Shown: positions 26,900-38,501 of the stretch, piece by piece
Layout: each line of letters opens with the position of its first letter
Position numbering within the stretch: position 1 is the stretch's first letter
Position numbers and translations under genes: made by a program
The notes under the pieces: model-generated
What the model saw: only the letters and a program-made list of their open reading frames with translations
What the model was told of the DNA's origin: nothing
Databases searched by the model: none
Assembly: GCA_043228905.1 (NCBI GenBank)
Contig: JBHGNT010000001.1
Span: forward strand, 32,798,001 to 32,862,000
Direction: 5' to 3'
Length of the DNA stretch: 64,000 nt
Source of the DNA: Azolla caroliniana
Lineage: Eukaryota; Plantae; Polypodiophyta

Positions 26900-29434
26900 T
26901 GTCGTAGTGTAGGTTGCACACTATGTGGAAATTATATTTTTGTCCCTCCGGATAGAGAATGGAGTGCTCGGTGAGAACCGGAAGAAAACGGCATACCGGC
27001 AAGGAGGAAAACGGAATACCGGCAAGGAGGAAAATGGCATACCGGCAAGGAGGAAAACGGCATACCGGCAAGGAAGAGCCGGATAAAGAGACATAAATGT
27101 AAAAAAGAAGGAAATACTCACTACTGCGCAGGGCGTGATTCGAAATCTACACCTCCAAGTTGACAAACCTCAACCTTACCATTACATTAACTTATCTTAA
27201 GTGTTTTAAATATAGATTTAATATGTATAAGACCTTTATTTATGCATACCTTTATTAAAAGGTAAATCGTGTATTTCTTTAATATATGAAAAAGAAAAAA
27301 CACGAGACACTAAAAATAACTCATGCACATCTAGCGTGCATGAGCCCTATACTTAGGAAATAAAAAAGCATCACATGCACATTTTTAGGGGACATGAACA
27401 CTTTTTGTAAAAAAAAACGCATGAAGCCATGCTTAGCTCTTTTTTCCTTATATAAGGAGGAGAGAAATATGTAAAGGGTTGTTGATTTTTTTTTGGATTA
27501 AGAATTAATCAATACAAAAATTATTCGTGGGATTCACGATTTATACATCTACTTCTCTCTTAACACCCTAAGTACCAATTAATATAGTATACTCGTGTGA
27601 TTCACGAGTTTCTTATCTTTCTCTTTGCTATTTACTCATAATTAATCTCTATCTCACGAACTCCTTTCTCCTAGTCCAAGACCTCTGTGGTTCCCACCCG
27701 ACTCACGCAACGATCCGGAGCCGAAAGGCACGACACAGTTGGTGAACCCGACGTGAAGACGGGTGGCAAGGAGATGGAGGCTCAACAAGCTAACAATATG
27801 ATGGCGATGTTCGAACGGATGCTTCAAGAACAACGCACGATGTCGGAGATTTCGGCATTAGTAGAGCGGCTCGTGCAACGCAACGGGCAATTTAATGGTA
27901 AGGATGTGTCGCGATATTTGCAGGACTACAAGGCGGAGATGCTCCGGTGCCGGGCTTCGGAAGGACTGCAAGTGACATCCTTTAACCGGGTGGCGACCGA
28001 CGGGCTTCAAGGGAGTATCCACGGGTTGCAACAACAAAATCCGACGTGGGAAGCATTCGAAGAGGCGTTAAAGACCACGTTTGCCATCGAGGACTCCTCC
28101 AAGGCAACGCGGAGGGGATTCGAGGATTGGGTGGAAACGTCAGGTAAGGGGCTGAAGGTCCTCGAAGTGTTTTCGACATTCGAAAGTCGGTTCGGGAGGT
28201 TGTCCGCGAGAGATCAAACTATTCTTGCACCGGACAAAGTCATCATGTTTTTGCGAGTTGTGGACGTCCGGGACCGGAAAGATCTCGGAGTGCTTCTTGA
28301 GGACACGACCACCGAAAGCGGCCTCACCGAAACATGGGAAAGCGTGCGGGATATCGTCGCGCGGTACACGAAGAGGGGGCAATGGCTTGCCAACGAAGAA
28401 AAGAGGGTTTCGGAACCGATTCCGAAACCGAGAACGGGACTGGAAGACCATCAACCGAGGGCTCGGGAGATTACGGCCGAGAAGGGAGTCGACGCGTCTA
28501 CGGTGGAGCAGCTGCTGAAGGAGATGGAGAATCTAAAGATCGCGATGGTGAAGAAGTCGGATGACCGCCCCACAAGCTCCAAATATACGGATCGACGGTG
28601 CATATGGTGCGATAGCGCCGAACACGATCGGAGGGATTGCGACGACCATAAGGAGGCACTACGACGGGATCTCATCTACTACGAGGGAAACCGGATTCAT
28701 TCGATGGACTCTCGGAAGCCACTCCGACCGAACTTCCGAAAAGGCGGCATGAAGAAGGTGCTCGAGGAGGAGTTAGCGGCAAGAAGCAACTATGCGACAA
28801 CCGCGGGAATATGTGTCGGGGAGTCATCGGGAGCGAAGGCGTCTTTCTGGCCGGAGGTGCTAGGAAACACCGAGAAAACCGACTCCAACGATATCCGAAA
28901 CACCGCGGAAGGCGTCCGGGAAGCTATGGGATGGGAGTGCCCTGTCGACAAGAATAGCATATACGCCCTGTGTCAATTACATGAGGTGTATGTGGACGAG
29001 AAACGACGGCGCACGGAGGATGCGGCCGGACCATCGAAGATACCGGAAAGCTGGAACTCCGGAGGTAAGGGAAAAGAAAAGGCGACTCCGGCATTCAAGC
29101 TCGCCTCGGACATAGAACAACAAACCGACTTGAAAAGAGTGTTCGAGGAAAGAATCTTGGATAGTCGGGTAGATTTTTCGCTGCGGGAACTACTCGGAAT
29201 AGCGAAGAAGGAGTTTCACGATCTTCTCGTGGATCTCGTGAAAAGGAAGAGACAAAGTACGGAGGAAAATGCTCCAAGGGTGAATGCAAATACCGTTTCA
29301 ATGAACGACATCGAAGTGGAAGGCGAAATTCCGAACTCCCACTATACAAGGCCACACTGGGCACGTGCAACTACGGAGACTCCGGTCCGAATCGGCAACA
29401 TCAAAGAACCCGTGCTAGCATTGATTGATCACGG
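26900..29434 (+). mobile_element. Truncated duplicate of element B: 5' LTR (26900-27735), PBS, gag and part of the protease
   Basis: Matches 41960-44494 and ends at the duplication junction. Confidence 0.92.
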
Positions 29435-29474
29435 TGGAGCAGCATTCAAGACTCGTGTTGCAATTTTTATCTAG
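27774..29474 (+). CDS. Chimeric Gag-truncated protease ORF ending ...LIDHG|GAAFKTRVAIFI*
   Basis: Same protein as 42834-44873 up to the DHG motif, then 12 codons read from the antisense strand of the B55 5' intron. Confidence 0.8.
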   Translation: MEAQQANNMMAMFERMLQEQRTMSEISALVERLVQRNGQFNGKDVSRYLQDYKAEMLRCRASEGLQVTSFNRVATDGLQGSIHGLQQQNPTWEAFEEALKTTFAIEDSSKATRRGFEDWVETSGKGLKVLEVFSTFESRFGRLSARDQTILAPDKVIMFLRVVDVRDRKDLGVLLEDTTTESGLTETWESVRDIVARYTKRGQWLANEEKRVSEPIPKPRTGLEDHQPRAREITAEKGVDASTVEQLLKEMENLKIAMVKKSDDRPTSSKYTDRRCIWCDSAEHDRRDCDDHKEALRRDLIYYEGNRIHSMDSRKPLRPNFRKGGMKKVLEEELAARSNYATTAGICVGESSGAKASFWPEVLGNTEKTDSNDIRNTAEGVREAMGWECPVDKNSIYALCQLHEVYVDEKRRRTEDAAGPSKIPESWNSGGKGKEKATPAFKLASDIEQQTDLKRVFEERILDSRVDFSLRELLGIAKKEFHDLLVDLVKRKRQSTEENAPRVNANTVSMNDIEVEGEIPNSHYTRPHWARATTETPVRIGNIKEPVLALIDHGGAAFKTRVAIFI

Positions 29475-32400
29475 CATTATTGAGACTTTTCAGGATTCAG
29501 GTTGCAGGATTGCGAAAGGAAACCTGGTTAAATAAGAAATATAAAGAAACAAAAATGAAGTAGCTGCAAATAATTGAAAAAATGAGTTTTCAATTATAAA
29601 GAAACAGGAGCTGGAAAAAAAGGAAGCTGTGTGGGAGTTCTACAGTTTTTACTCTTTGTTGCAAACCTGTAGAGTCGACTTCGTAAACCAGGGTGGAGGA
29701 GCGAAAAAAAACAAAAAAAGGCAATATCGGAAAGCGCAGAGATTACAAGATGATGAGAATGAAGAAGCAGAAGAATATTTTACGAAAGGAAAAATCCGAA
29801 GGCAAAATCAAAGGAAAAAAGGCACACGGCAATAAAGAGAGAGGAAGAAAGGGGGGGGGGGGGGGGGGGGGGGAGTTGCAGAGAAAAGAAGGAGCCCATA
29901 CCTCAAAAAAGACGTTCCTTTCTCTGGTTACCTTCTTCTTTGTCTTCTTTCTTCTGTCAAATTTGATCGTTCGCTTCTGTCTCCCTGCTTCATCTGCTGC
30001 TTTCTCTGCATGTTCTGGTCCTGGTTCGGGTTCGGGTTCGGGTTCTGTTCTGGTTCTCTGAGGCTTTTGGGTAATGATACTTTTTTCTCTCCTCTTATGA
30101 GAGAATGAGGAGATGATGATGTGGTTGAGGTTGAGTTTGGGCTGGGTTTTCATGAGAGCTACTACTGCTATCTATGGTTATGCATTGGTGGCCATAGTAT
30201 GTACATACAAGAATCAAATTTCATTGGGTTTTCATGAGCTTACTAGTGTCTATGCTATGGCCATAGTACAAGAAATTCTCCTTTAAAACTCTCTTGTCCC
30301 GGGTTCGAATCCTCTTAATGACCACGATTTTACCCCCGACAAGTATACACGTAATGCATTGACTTTGTATGCTACAGTAGACTTAATATACTCCTTCATC
30401 TCATCACAACTCAGCCAAGCCAAGCCACATACGGTGAATGGCCATTGCATATACAAACCATCACTTGTGATGACGAATGATCTCTTCAACGGATATGGCA
30501 TCAAAACATGAAATCATTTTGATCGGTTTTATGTAGCCTCTAATATGCCACAATCCTTATGAGCTAATAAAATAAAATAAAAAATTCATAATTTGGATAA
30601 GGACCATGAGTGCTTCCTTGTCAATCTCTCAATTGCTCTTTATTAAATGTTATATGACCATTTTCATTACTCCTCTAGTTGTGGTCGTTAACCAACATTG
30701 CTACAATCTCATAGATGAAATTGGCAATGATCAATTGTGGAGAGTGTTAAGACTCGGTTTAGATTAGTAAGAAGGAAAAATCATGCATTGGATTGGTATG
30801 GAAACGATTGCTAAATGTTATATAATATACTTAGTGAATATCAAGGAGAGATCAGTGAAGTGGTCAAGCAAGTAGTCATTTGATAACACTCCTTGATGCA
30901 TTGCAACCATGGGCTGACATGAACTTTAATAGGGTGGACCAAAGTTAGTCAATTGTGAAGTCATGTTGACGTCAACACTCTCATGAATGATGTCATGTCC
31001 TTAATATAACAAAGAGGAAAATGGCACATACCATGAGACACCTTCAACCAACACATCGGTAGGTGAAACCTTCTTTATGTTTTATTTTATTTTATTTACG
31101 ATGATTGGTTGCACGTCTCGTTTTTTTTGTAATCTTTTGTCTCATGGGCCAATTTTGGTCTTAGAAGATGTTAATTTCCCTCCCTCTCTCTCTCTCTAAC
31201 CTCGTTGAATCTATTCAATTGTCAATTGAAATTCCCTCTTTGTTTTAATCCATTTAGTCAACCTGTTAACACGAAAATGCTTTTGATTGACTCTTCGAAG
31301 GTGGATAGACTCTATGGAGACAAGTTGGCTCCTTAATATGCATGGATGAACTCTATGGAGACTACTTGATTTTTAAAATAAAACAACCTAATATGTACAT
31401 TATCAATGCCTCTAATGAAACCATAAATATGTCATGACAATGTGTCAATAGTAAGGTAATAATGTGTTTGTCCACAACGTGAAAGTATCATGGTTTTCAT
31501 GAACCTATAAGAGAATATTAACTACATGAAAACATGTGAACGATACTTGACGCGATATCTAATATATGCAAAAAATTATCCATGGTACAATAACCTAAAG
31601 GCTAGCATAGACACTCAACAAATGCGTAAAATACTTGATACTACCATAACTTCCTTGTGGGATGGGTTGCTTGCCACACCCACCACATAACAAATCAATT
31701 GACATTTAATTATTCTTCGTACTCCATTTGTATAACAAGACGGCTTACATGGGGAGTGATCTAAACTCTTCAATCATTTTATAACATAATGTTGTTCCAT
31801 CACTAAAAAGAAGAGATGCATCTTCTACTTACTAATTCGACCTTTACATACTCTTGCATTCTAAGAAACCTCTCCTAAATGAAGAATATCTAAGGTTTTT
31901 TTATATGAGATTGGACTTTCATTAAAAGATCAAAGGAAGTTGGCAAAATGAACTTGTAACTTCAGGAGAAGGGGTGCTCTCAAATTGAAGGATTAGGAAT
32001 GTTGCATATATCGGGGTGTTGCGACTGTTTATTAAAAGCATAGGCTTTTGCTAAGTGGTAAGATGACGTATAGAGTTTGACACTTACCCCGATGCTAGGA
32101 GGTAAAAAGGAAAAGTGTTAAGAGTTGCGAATGGAAGCCTCGATAAATGGTGGTGTTTCGATACTGTTTGATATTTAATAGAACCAATGCGTGGATCCTA
32201 TTCCAATATTGGAATTTCTTCCCCTTCGACAGGGCAAAGAGTTCATCTATCTTGATGTAGAACGAATGAAAAGATTTGACCAAATCTCCATTGTATGCCT
32301 AGACAAACTTTCCCAGTCTATGAGAGGGTTGTCATTGCCTTGTAGGGGATGACTTACAACAATAATTCTTTCTTGCCATAAGCATCATGAGTTTGGTAAA

Positions 32401-32782
32401 AACTTGATTGGTCACAAAAAGGTTGGAGGATAAACACTAAATGTGGAAGTTGTTCTCTAATAGGTTCTTGAGGAAGGAAAGCAATATCCCTCTGCATCAG
32501 ACCCAGCGACCATATTCGGTGACCCTCCCCTATGTCTGAGCTTCACGGCCGCCACAACAGAGGAAGGGAAGCAACCACTGGGCTACAAATTCGTTCTGCT
32601 GCGCTACAACATCTCTACCAACAGGTTTGATTTCTGCCTATATTAACTTTGTATCCATCGAAGCAGATGAAATTAGTGGTGGTGGTGATTGGGGAAAAGT
32701 AAGGAGAAATATTTGGAAGAGAAGAGAGAACGATTAATTAGGAAGTAGGGAGTCTTACAAACTCAGGACTAGAAGAGAGTCG

Positions 32783-34177
32783 ATGTATACACCGTCTTCG
32801 TCAATGCCCAAGGAGCGATCCAGCGAATCGGCCCCTGCTTCTCCTACGATTGACGGTACTATAGATGTCCAATTGGCACCGGAAGATGAGCTCACTGTTC
32901 TCAATGAAGTTAAACGATTGGAGCGGTGCTCTGTTGTTGCCCAAGTCCTGGGAAAACGACCGAGTAGAGGGGATCTTCGTCATCTTCTCCAGGCAGCCTT
33001 AAAGGAAAAATTGGATAAGATAACTGATATTCAATTGATGGGCCGAGGTTGCTATCAATTGGAGTTTGAAGATCATTCTTCCGTTTGCAATATCCTTTCC
33101 ATCCACTCGGTAGAAATCTCAGGTGCATGGGTTCTTTTTTTCCCATGGACCCATGGTTTTGATACGGCAGCCCTACAGGTGGAGGCAACGGGATACTTTA
33201 CGTGTACTGCTGTTTTTCCAGGTTTAGACAAGGAGTGGAGGGAGGTTCTTCACAAAATTGGGGCAGCAATAGGTAGAGTTTTACATGTTAACTCATCTAC
33301 ATTCAAGGATATTGTAGAAAAAGGAGGAGCTCCGTCGGTCAAGTTACTTTGCAAGAAAGATGTAGTGTTACCTAATTGGATTCGCCTTCCAAAACTGCAA
33401 GGTAATATGTTTCAAAAAATTCAGAAAGTGCTTTACTTTGGGTTGCCCAACCAATGTTTTTCTTGTAAAAAAATTGGTCATTTAGCAAAAGATTGTTTGA
33501 TTGTCCATGGGAAGCCTATTGTAGCTATGCATAAGCAAAATAATAATGTGGTCACTTCACTGGTGCCTCATGAAACTCAACAAGTAAAGGGTTTTGATAT
33601 ATTGTTAGATAAAGTGGGTAAGGGAAAAGGTGTTGATATGAGTTGTTCCAATGTCCCTCAATTTGCACTATCGGAAGGTAGTATGGACACGTTGAGGCAA
33701 GATTTAGGAATGTCGATTTCTGCTCCATCTTTGGAGATCATTCCAGCCATTCCTCCTCCCTTAGTGTTGCCTGAATGTAGTATGGACGCTTTGCAAAAAG
33801 ATGTAGTTATGCCGGTTTCCATTTCCTCTTTGGAAATTGTTCCAGTCATTGACTCAATGCTAGAACAAGATCCGACGAAAGTTAAGGCGTCAGTTCAGAA
33901 AATGATAACATCGTTTCAACATAATGATGCAAAGGTAAATGCTCGATCATATTCAGATGTTTTGCAGACAGGGGTGGGGCAATCACCGTATGTTTTTGCA
34001 TCTGCAAAGGATACTATAGAAGCGCTTGGGAATAGCAAAAATAGGGTATATAAAGACCATCGTGTGTTAGTCAAGGATTTCCGTGTGGAAAAAAGAATAA
34101 CAAGAGCAGTAACTTCATCTCAAAAGGAGAGACAAGTGGTTTTGACTGATAAGAGGTCTTCTCCATCTCAATCTTGA
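32783..34177 (+). CDS. LINE ORF1, copy 2
   Basis: Translation identical to 17723-19117. Confidence 0.9.
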   Translation: MYTPSSSMPKERSSESAPASPTIDGTIDVQLAPEDELTVLNEVKRLERCSVVAQVLGKRPSRGDLRHLLQAALKEKLDKITDIQLMGRGCYQLEFEDHSSVCNILSIHSVEISGAWVLFFPWTHGFDTAALQVEATGYFTCTAVFPGLDKEWREVLHKIGAAIGRVLHVNSSTFKDIVEKGGAPSVKLLCKKDVVLPNWIRLPKLQGNMFQKIQKVLYFGLPNQCFSCKKIGHLAKDCLIVHGKPIVAMHKQNNNVVTSLVPHETQQVKGFDILLDKVGKGKGVDMSCSNVPQFALSEGSMDTLRQDLGMSISAPSLEIIPAIPPPLVLPECSMDALQKDVVMPVSISSLEIVPVIDSMLEQDPTKVKASVQKMITSFQHNDAKVNARSYSDVLQTGVGQSPYVFASAKDTIEALGNSKNRVYKDHRVLVKDFRVEKRITRAVTSSQKERQVVLTDKRSSPSQS

Positions 34178-34178
34178 T

Positions 34179-37100
34179 ATGTATTATTTTAATATTTTAT
34201 CTTGGAACCTTCAAGGGTTAGGTACGAGTCGTTGTAATAGAGTAAGATGTTACTTGAATCAAGAATTATCTTTACCTTCAATAGGTCAACTTGATATGCT
34301 ATGCTTTCAAGAACACCATCTTAATTCACAAAGGATAGCATCGAATAGAAATTTACTACGTGGTAATTGGATTTATGAATGGGTTCCGGCTTTTGGACCA
34401 TCTGGTACTCAAGGTGGCCTTTGTATCGCACTTAAAATGCAATGGCAGTCTAATGTACAAGCTAAAGGAGTATTGTTTGGTGGTAGAGTTCAATATATGC
34501 TTATTCTTATCTCCGGAAAATTGATTGGTTTTTTGAATGTATATGCTCCGAATTCTGTTACTGGAAGAATTCGTTTGTGGAATAAGTTATTGCAAGATCT
34601 TCCTGTGGCACAACATTGGTGCATGTGTGGTGATTGGAACATGATTGAAAGCCCTAGTGATAGATTAGGTGGATCTTCTACTACTATATCGGGTTTAGAA
34701 TTGCGTGAGTGGGAAAAGTTAATTTTCAAATATGAAGTTACTGATTTGTGGCATATTCCAACCTTCTCTCGCATGCCCGATTCCTTGTTATACTCACGTT
34801 CCAATCGAAGAAGTATTGCTCTTAATCTGTCGAGAATAGATAGGTTTTATGCAGATTCTTTTTTTTGGGATCGTGGAGGATATGTGGGTATTATATCAGG
34901 CACTTCGTTCTCAGATCATGCCCCGATTATGCTCAAATTCTGTATGAACAGCCATACTTCTATTTCTCGATTGTATGTGCCAAGGTTTATTGTTGATGAT
35001 ATGAGTTTGCAGAATACAGTTTTGTCAATTTGGAGAATGGCTGTAGGGGATTCTAATTGTCAAAAATTACAGAATGCTCTTCTCGCAGTTTCCAACTTCT
35101 TTATACAACAAGTTAAGTTAAAACAAAGTAGCTACACTAGAAAATTGTTGAATGCTAAGAGAGGTTTGGCTTCTCTTCAAATTTTGCAAGAAAAACAGCC
35201 TCATTCTCAATATATTCATTGTGAATTACAGAATGTTATGATGCTTATTTCTTTTCTGCAGCAAAAACGTGCTCAATTTTTTCTTCATGCATCTGCAGCA
35301 AGATGGTGTACAAAAGGAGACACCATGTCAAAATTCTTTTTCCAACATGTTACGCCTAAAAGAAATAAAATTCAGATTGTACAATTGAAAAGATCTGATG
35401 GTACAGTTACTATGGATAAAGATGAAATGAGTAACATTGTTGCCACTTATTATGAGTCGTTGTTATCAGCAGATACTCCAAGTGTTGAAACTCAACAAAT
35501 GCGCCAAAAAGTATGGGTTGTTACTGTGGTTAAGGTAACATCTCGGATATCTCTTCAGCTTCTTCGTCCATTTTCATCCTTTGAAATATTACAAGCTATT
35601 AAAGGTGTTGGGCCAGATGTGTCCCCGGGAGTAGATGGAATGGGAAGAGATTTTTTCATTACATATTGGGACTTGATTGCCGAAGATCTATTGGCAGCAT
35701 TTCAAGAAATGTTCAATACAGGTATTATGCCACAAAAGTGGAAAGAGGGATTAATATGCCTCATTCCGAAAGGTGAGGTTGTTACGGATGAGGTGAAGGG
35801 TTGGTGGCCCATTACTTTATTGAATACAATTTACAAAATCTATGCTAAGTTATTGGCTTTGAGATTACAACCTTTTCTTTCAGAGATTGTGCATGACTCA
35901 CAGACGGGATTTATGCAAGAACGTAGTATTTTTGACAATATTTTTTTGTTTTGGGAATTAACAGGGATGGCAATGAAAACTAAAGAAGATCTAGCGGTAC
36001 TTTTATTAGATTTTGAGAAGGCATATGATAGAGTTGATTGGGACTTCATGGAAGGTTCATTATTGAGATTAGGTTTTCCTGCGCAGTGGATTAGGGCTGT
36101 AGCTTCCTTGTATCGTGAGGCCTTTAGTTCAGTGTTGGTCGCCGGTGGGCAAACTAGAAAATTTTCTATCTCGCGTTCGGTTCGTCAAGGTTGTCCATTG
36201 GCCCCATTCCTGTTTTTGCTAGTTATGGAAACATTCTCAATGTATTTAAACTCCTCTCAAGTTGCTTTGAAGGGTTTGCCTTTGCCTGCCACGCAACAAC
36301 AAATGTTGGATGCAGAATTTGCAGATGATACTGCAATTTATGTTCAAGGTAATGATGAAAAATTAAGTAAATTGCAAGAAGTAGTGGAGGAATTTTGTTT
36401 GGCCTCTGGAGCAAAGATAAATTGGCATAAATCTCTTGGCTTTTGGGTGTCACAAAATTCCTTGCCTAATTGGATGCCTTCGCAGGAATTCAAGTGGGTT
36501 CCTAATGGAACCACTACTCGTTACTTAGGCTGTCAAGTGGGACTTCATGTTACTGCAGATATGTTAGTTGCTCCTCTACTTGTAAAATTAAGAAGAAAAT
36601 TGTTGCTTTGGGATTCGGTTAACCTGTCACTTGCAGGTCGTATACTTGTAGCTAACCAAGTGTTGTTAGCGACTATTTGGTATGTTGCTTCAACTACATT
36701 GTTTGCTAGATCATGTATTTTACAGGTGCAACGCCTCATTCGTAACTACATTTGGGGAGGGAAAACAGGTCAAGGTAAAAGGCCTAAAGTAGCTTGGGCA
36801 GTATTGATTGCTCCACGACAAAATGGTGGGATGGGGCTGGTAGATCCAGATGCACAGTGTAAGGCTTTGCTTTCTAAATTTGTGTGCAGAGCTATGTTGC
36901 CAATGCAAGGTGTTTGGAGTCGTTTGATGATGCATAGGTTGTCTACTATGTGCCCATCAATAGGAGGAAAGTGGCAACCATCTTTAAGATGGGGTTTTAT
37001 TCAGAATTTTCATTTGTTTAAAACAACCTTATTAGAAGATAGGGTTTTTAATGGAATTCTCACAAGTTGGTCAGCTGTCAAAAAGTTTCTAATTCGGAAG

Positions 37101-38501
37101 GTACCTTCGACAACGGATGACTTGTTGAGACAACCCTTGATCTGGAACTTTCTCTTTTCAGATTCAAGGGGTTTTCTGCTTGGTAGCCGTCCTCGGTTGA
37201 ATTGGGCTTCTATGGATGCATCAATAGCATGGGGATGCTATGTTATGAATCAACAGTTACAACCTTTGTCGAGGCCTTCAGTTCGAGGAAGTGCTATTAT
37301 GTGCGATAATATGCAAGTGGCGTTGGGACAATTTATGGCTTCATGGTCCCCCTCTAGCAATCAGATTTGGTTTGGTTATTTCTCTCCTCTAAAAGTGATT
37401 TTAGGAGCTAAAGTAACTAACACTATGGGTGATGTAATATACTTTAATGTGGATGATGATGGTAGGTTGTGGCATGTATTTTCTGAATCAGATGTGTGGA
37501 TATCCGCCAATGTTTCAGCGATTCGAGTAGTTGCAAGATCGGGAAAAAAATGGCTCTTGGATCCACCATTTCAAGAATGCTTACGGTGTTGTTCGTTGTG
37601 GGTTTTTCAAAAAAAGCCGCTTTATAATTTGGATTGGGATCCAGCTGATTATCAATGGAAAAAACCGAATGCTAATGGAAATGGTAAACACTTAGAGTTC
37701 TTTCAGTATTCAGTTAAGTTAGGTAGAAATTTATTATTGCAATCAAAGTATAAATGCCCGGCTGCCATGAAGCATTGGATTGCAAATAATGTGAATGAAC
37801 TACAACTTACAAAATTTTGGAAATGGTTGTGGAGTATGCAGTTGCCGAAAAAAGTTATTTGTTTTCGGTGGTTGTTGATACATTATGCTCTTCCTGTTGG
37901 TGATTGGTTGAGGCAAAATCAGCAATATGCTTGTGGAATGCATTGTGGTGAATCTACGGAATCTATTTTGCATTTGTTTTGGATGTGTCCCAAAATCAAG
38001 CAATTCTGGAGTAAGTTGTTTTTATTACTAAGAAACCACTATGCTCGTTCTACTTTCTCGTGGGGTGCAGTATTATGGGGTGTCCTTCATGGAGATGTTA
38101 TGAATTACGAACGTATGCATGCTTCTCATGTTTTTTACTTTTCCAATGGGTACATCTATCTCACTTCATTTCCATCTGTTATTCCTCGGTTTAGAACTGA
38201 AAATCTGGTTATTTGGCGTACTGTTACGTCACTAGCGCTGTGGACAATATGGAAAACGAGATGCGATGTTGTTTTTAACAATGCTCACATACATCTCAAT
38301 AATATGCTTATTGAATTCTGGTGGTTATTTGTCCACACCATACGTGGACAATATGATGATTTGCAGGGTACAACTGATGCTCAAAGGCAACGTCAAGTGG
38401 ACTTTAAGAAACGGTGGCGAGGGCTTCACTTGTTTTCAGATACGTCTCCTGGTATGAAGTGGAATTATTCCATTCCTCCTTTTTTATTGCATAGCTTGTA
38501 G
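34179..38501 (+). CDS. LINE ORF2, copy 2
   Basis: Translation identical to 19119-23441. Confidence 0.96.
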   Translation: MYYFNILSWNLQGLGTSRCNRVRCYLNQELSLPSIGQLDMLCFQEHHLNSQRIASNRNLLRGNWIYEWVPAFGPSGTQGGLCIALKMQWQSNVQAKGVLFGGRVQYMLILISGKLIGFLNVYAPNSVTGRIRLWNKLLQDLPVAQHWCMCGDWNMIESPSDRLGGSSTTISGLELREWEKLIFKYEVTDLWHIPTFSRMPDSLLYSRSNRRSIALNLSRIDRFYADSFFWDRGGYVGIISGTSFSDHAPIMLKFCMNSHTSISRLYVPRFIVDDMSLQNTVLSIWRMAVGDSNCQKLQNALLAVSNFFIQQVKLKQSSYTRKLLNAKRGLASLQILQEKQPHSQYIHCELQNVMMLISFLQQKRAQFFLHASAARWCTKGDTMSKFFFQHVTPKRNKIQIVQLKRSDGTVTMDKDEMSNIVATYYESLLSADTPSVETQQMRQKVWVVTVVKVTSRISLQLLRPFSSFEILQAIKGVGPDVSPGVDGMGRDFFITYWDLIAEDLLAAFQEMFNTGIMPQKWKEGLICLIPKGEVVTDEVKGWWPITLLNTIYKIYAKLLALRLQPFLSEIVHDSQTGFMQERSIFDNIFLFWELTGMAMKTKEDLAVLLLDFEKAYDRVDWDFMEGSLLRLGFPAQWIRAVASLYREAFSSVLVAGGQTRKFSISRSVRQGCPLAPFLFLLVMETFSMYLNSSQVALKGLPLPATQQQMLDAEFADDTAIYVQGNDEKLSKLQEVVEEFCLASGAKINWHKSLGFWVSQNSLPNWMPSQEFKWVPNGTTTRYLGCQVGLHVTADMLVAPLLVKLRRKLLLWDSVNLSLAGRILVANQVLLATIWYVASTTLFARSCILQVQRLIRNYIWGGKTGQGKRPKVAWAVLIAPRQNGGMGLVDPDAQCKALLSKFVCRAMLPMQGVWSRLMMHRLSTMCPSIGGKWQPSLRWGFIQNFHLFKTTLLEDRVFNGILTSWSAVKKFLIRKVPSTTDDLLRQPLIWNFLFSDSRGFLLGSRPRLNWASMDASIAWGCYVMNQQLQPLSRPSVRGSAIMCDNMQVALGQFMASWSPSSNQIWFGYFSPLKVILGAKVTNTMGDVIYFNVDDDGRLWHVFSESDVWISANVSAIRVVARSGKKWLLDPPFQECLRCCSLWVFQKKPLYNLDWDPADYQWKKPNANGNGKHLEFFQYSVKLGRNLLLQSKYKCPAAMKHWIANNVNELQLTKFWKWLWSMQLPKKVICFRWLLIHYALPVGDWLRQNQQYACGMHCGESTESILHLFWMCPKIKQFWSKLFLLLRNHYARSTFSWGAVLWGVLHGDVMNYERMHASHVFYFSNGYIYLTSFPSVIPRFRTENLVIWRTVTSLALWTIWKTRCDVVFNNAHIHLNNMLIEFWWLFVHTIRGQYDDLQGTTDAQRQRQVDFKKRWRGLHLFSDTSPGMKWNYSIPPFLLHSL

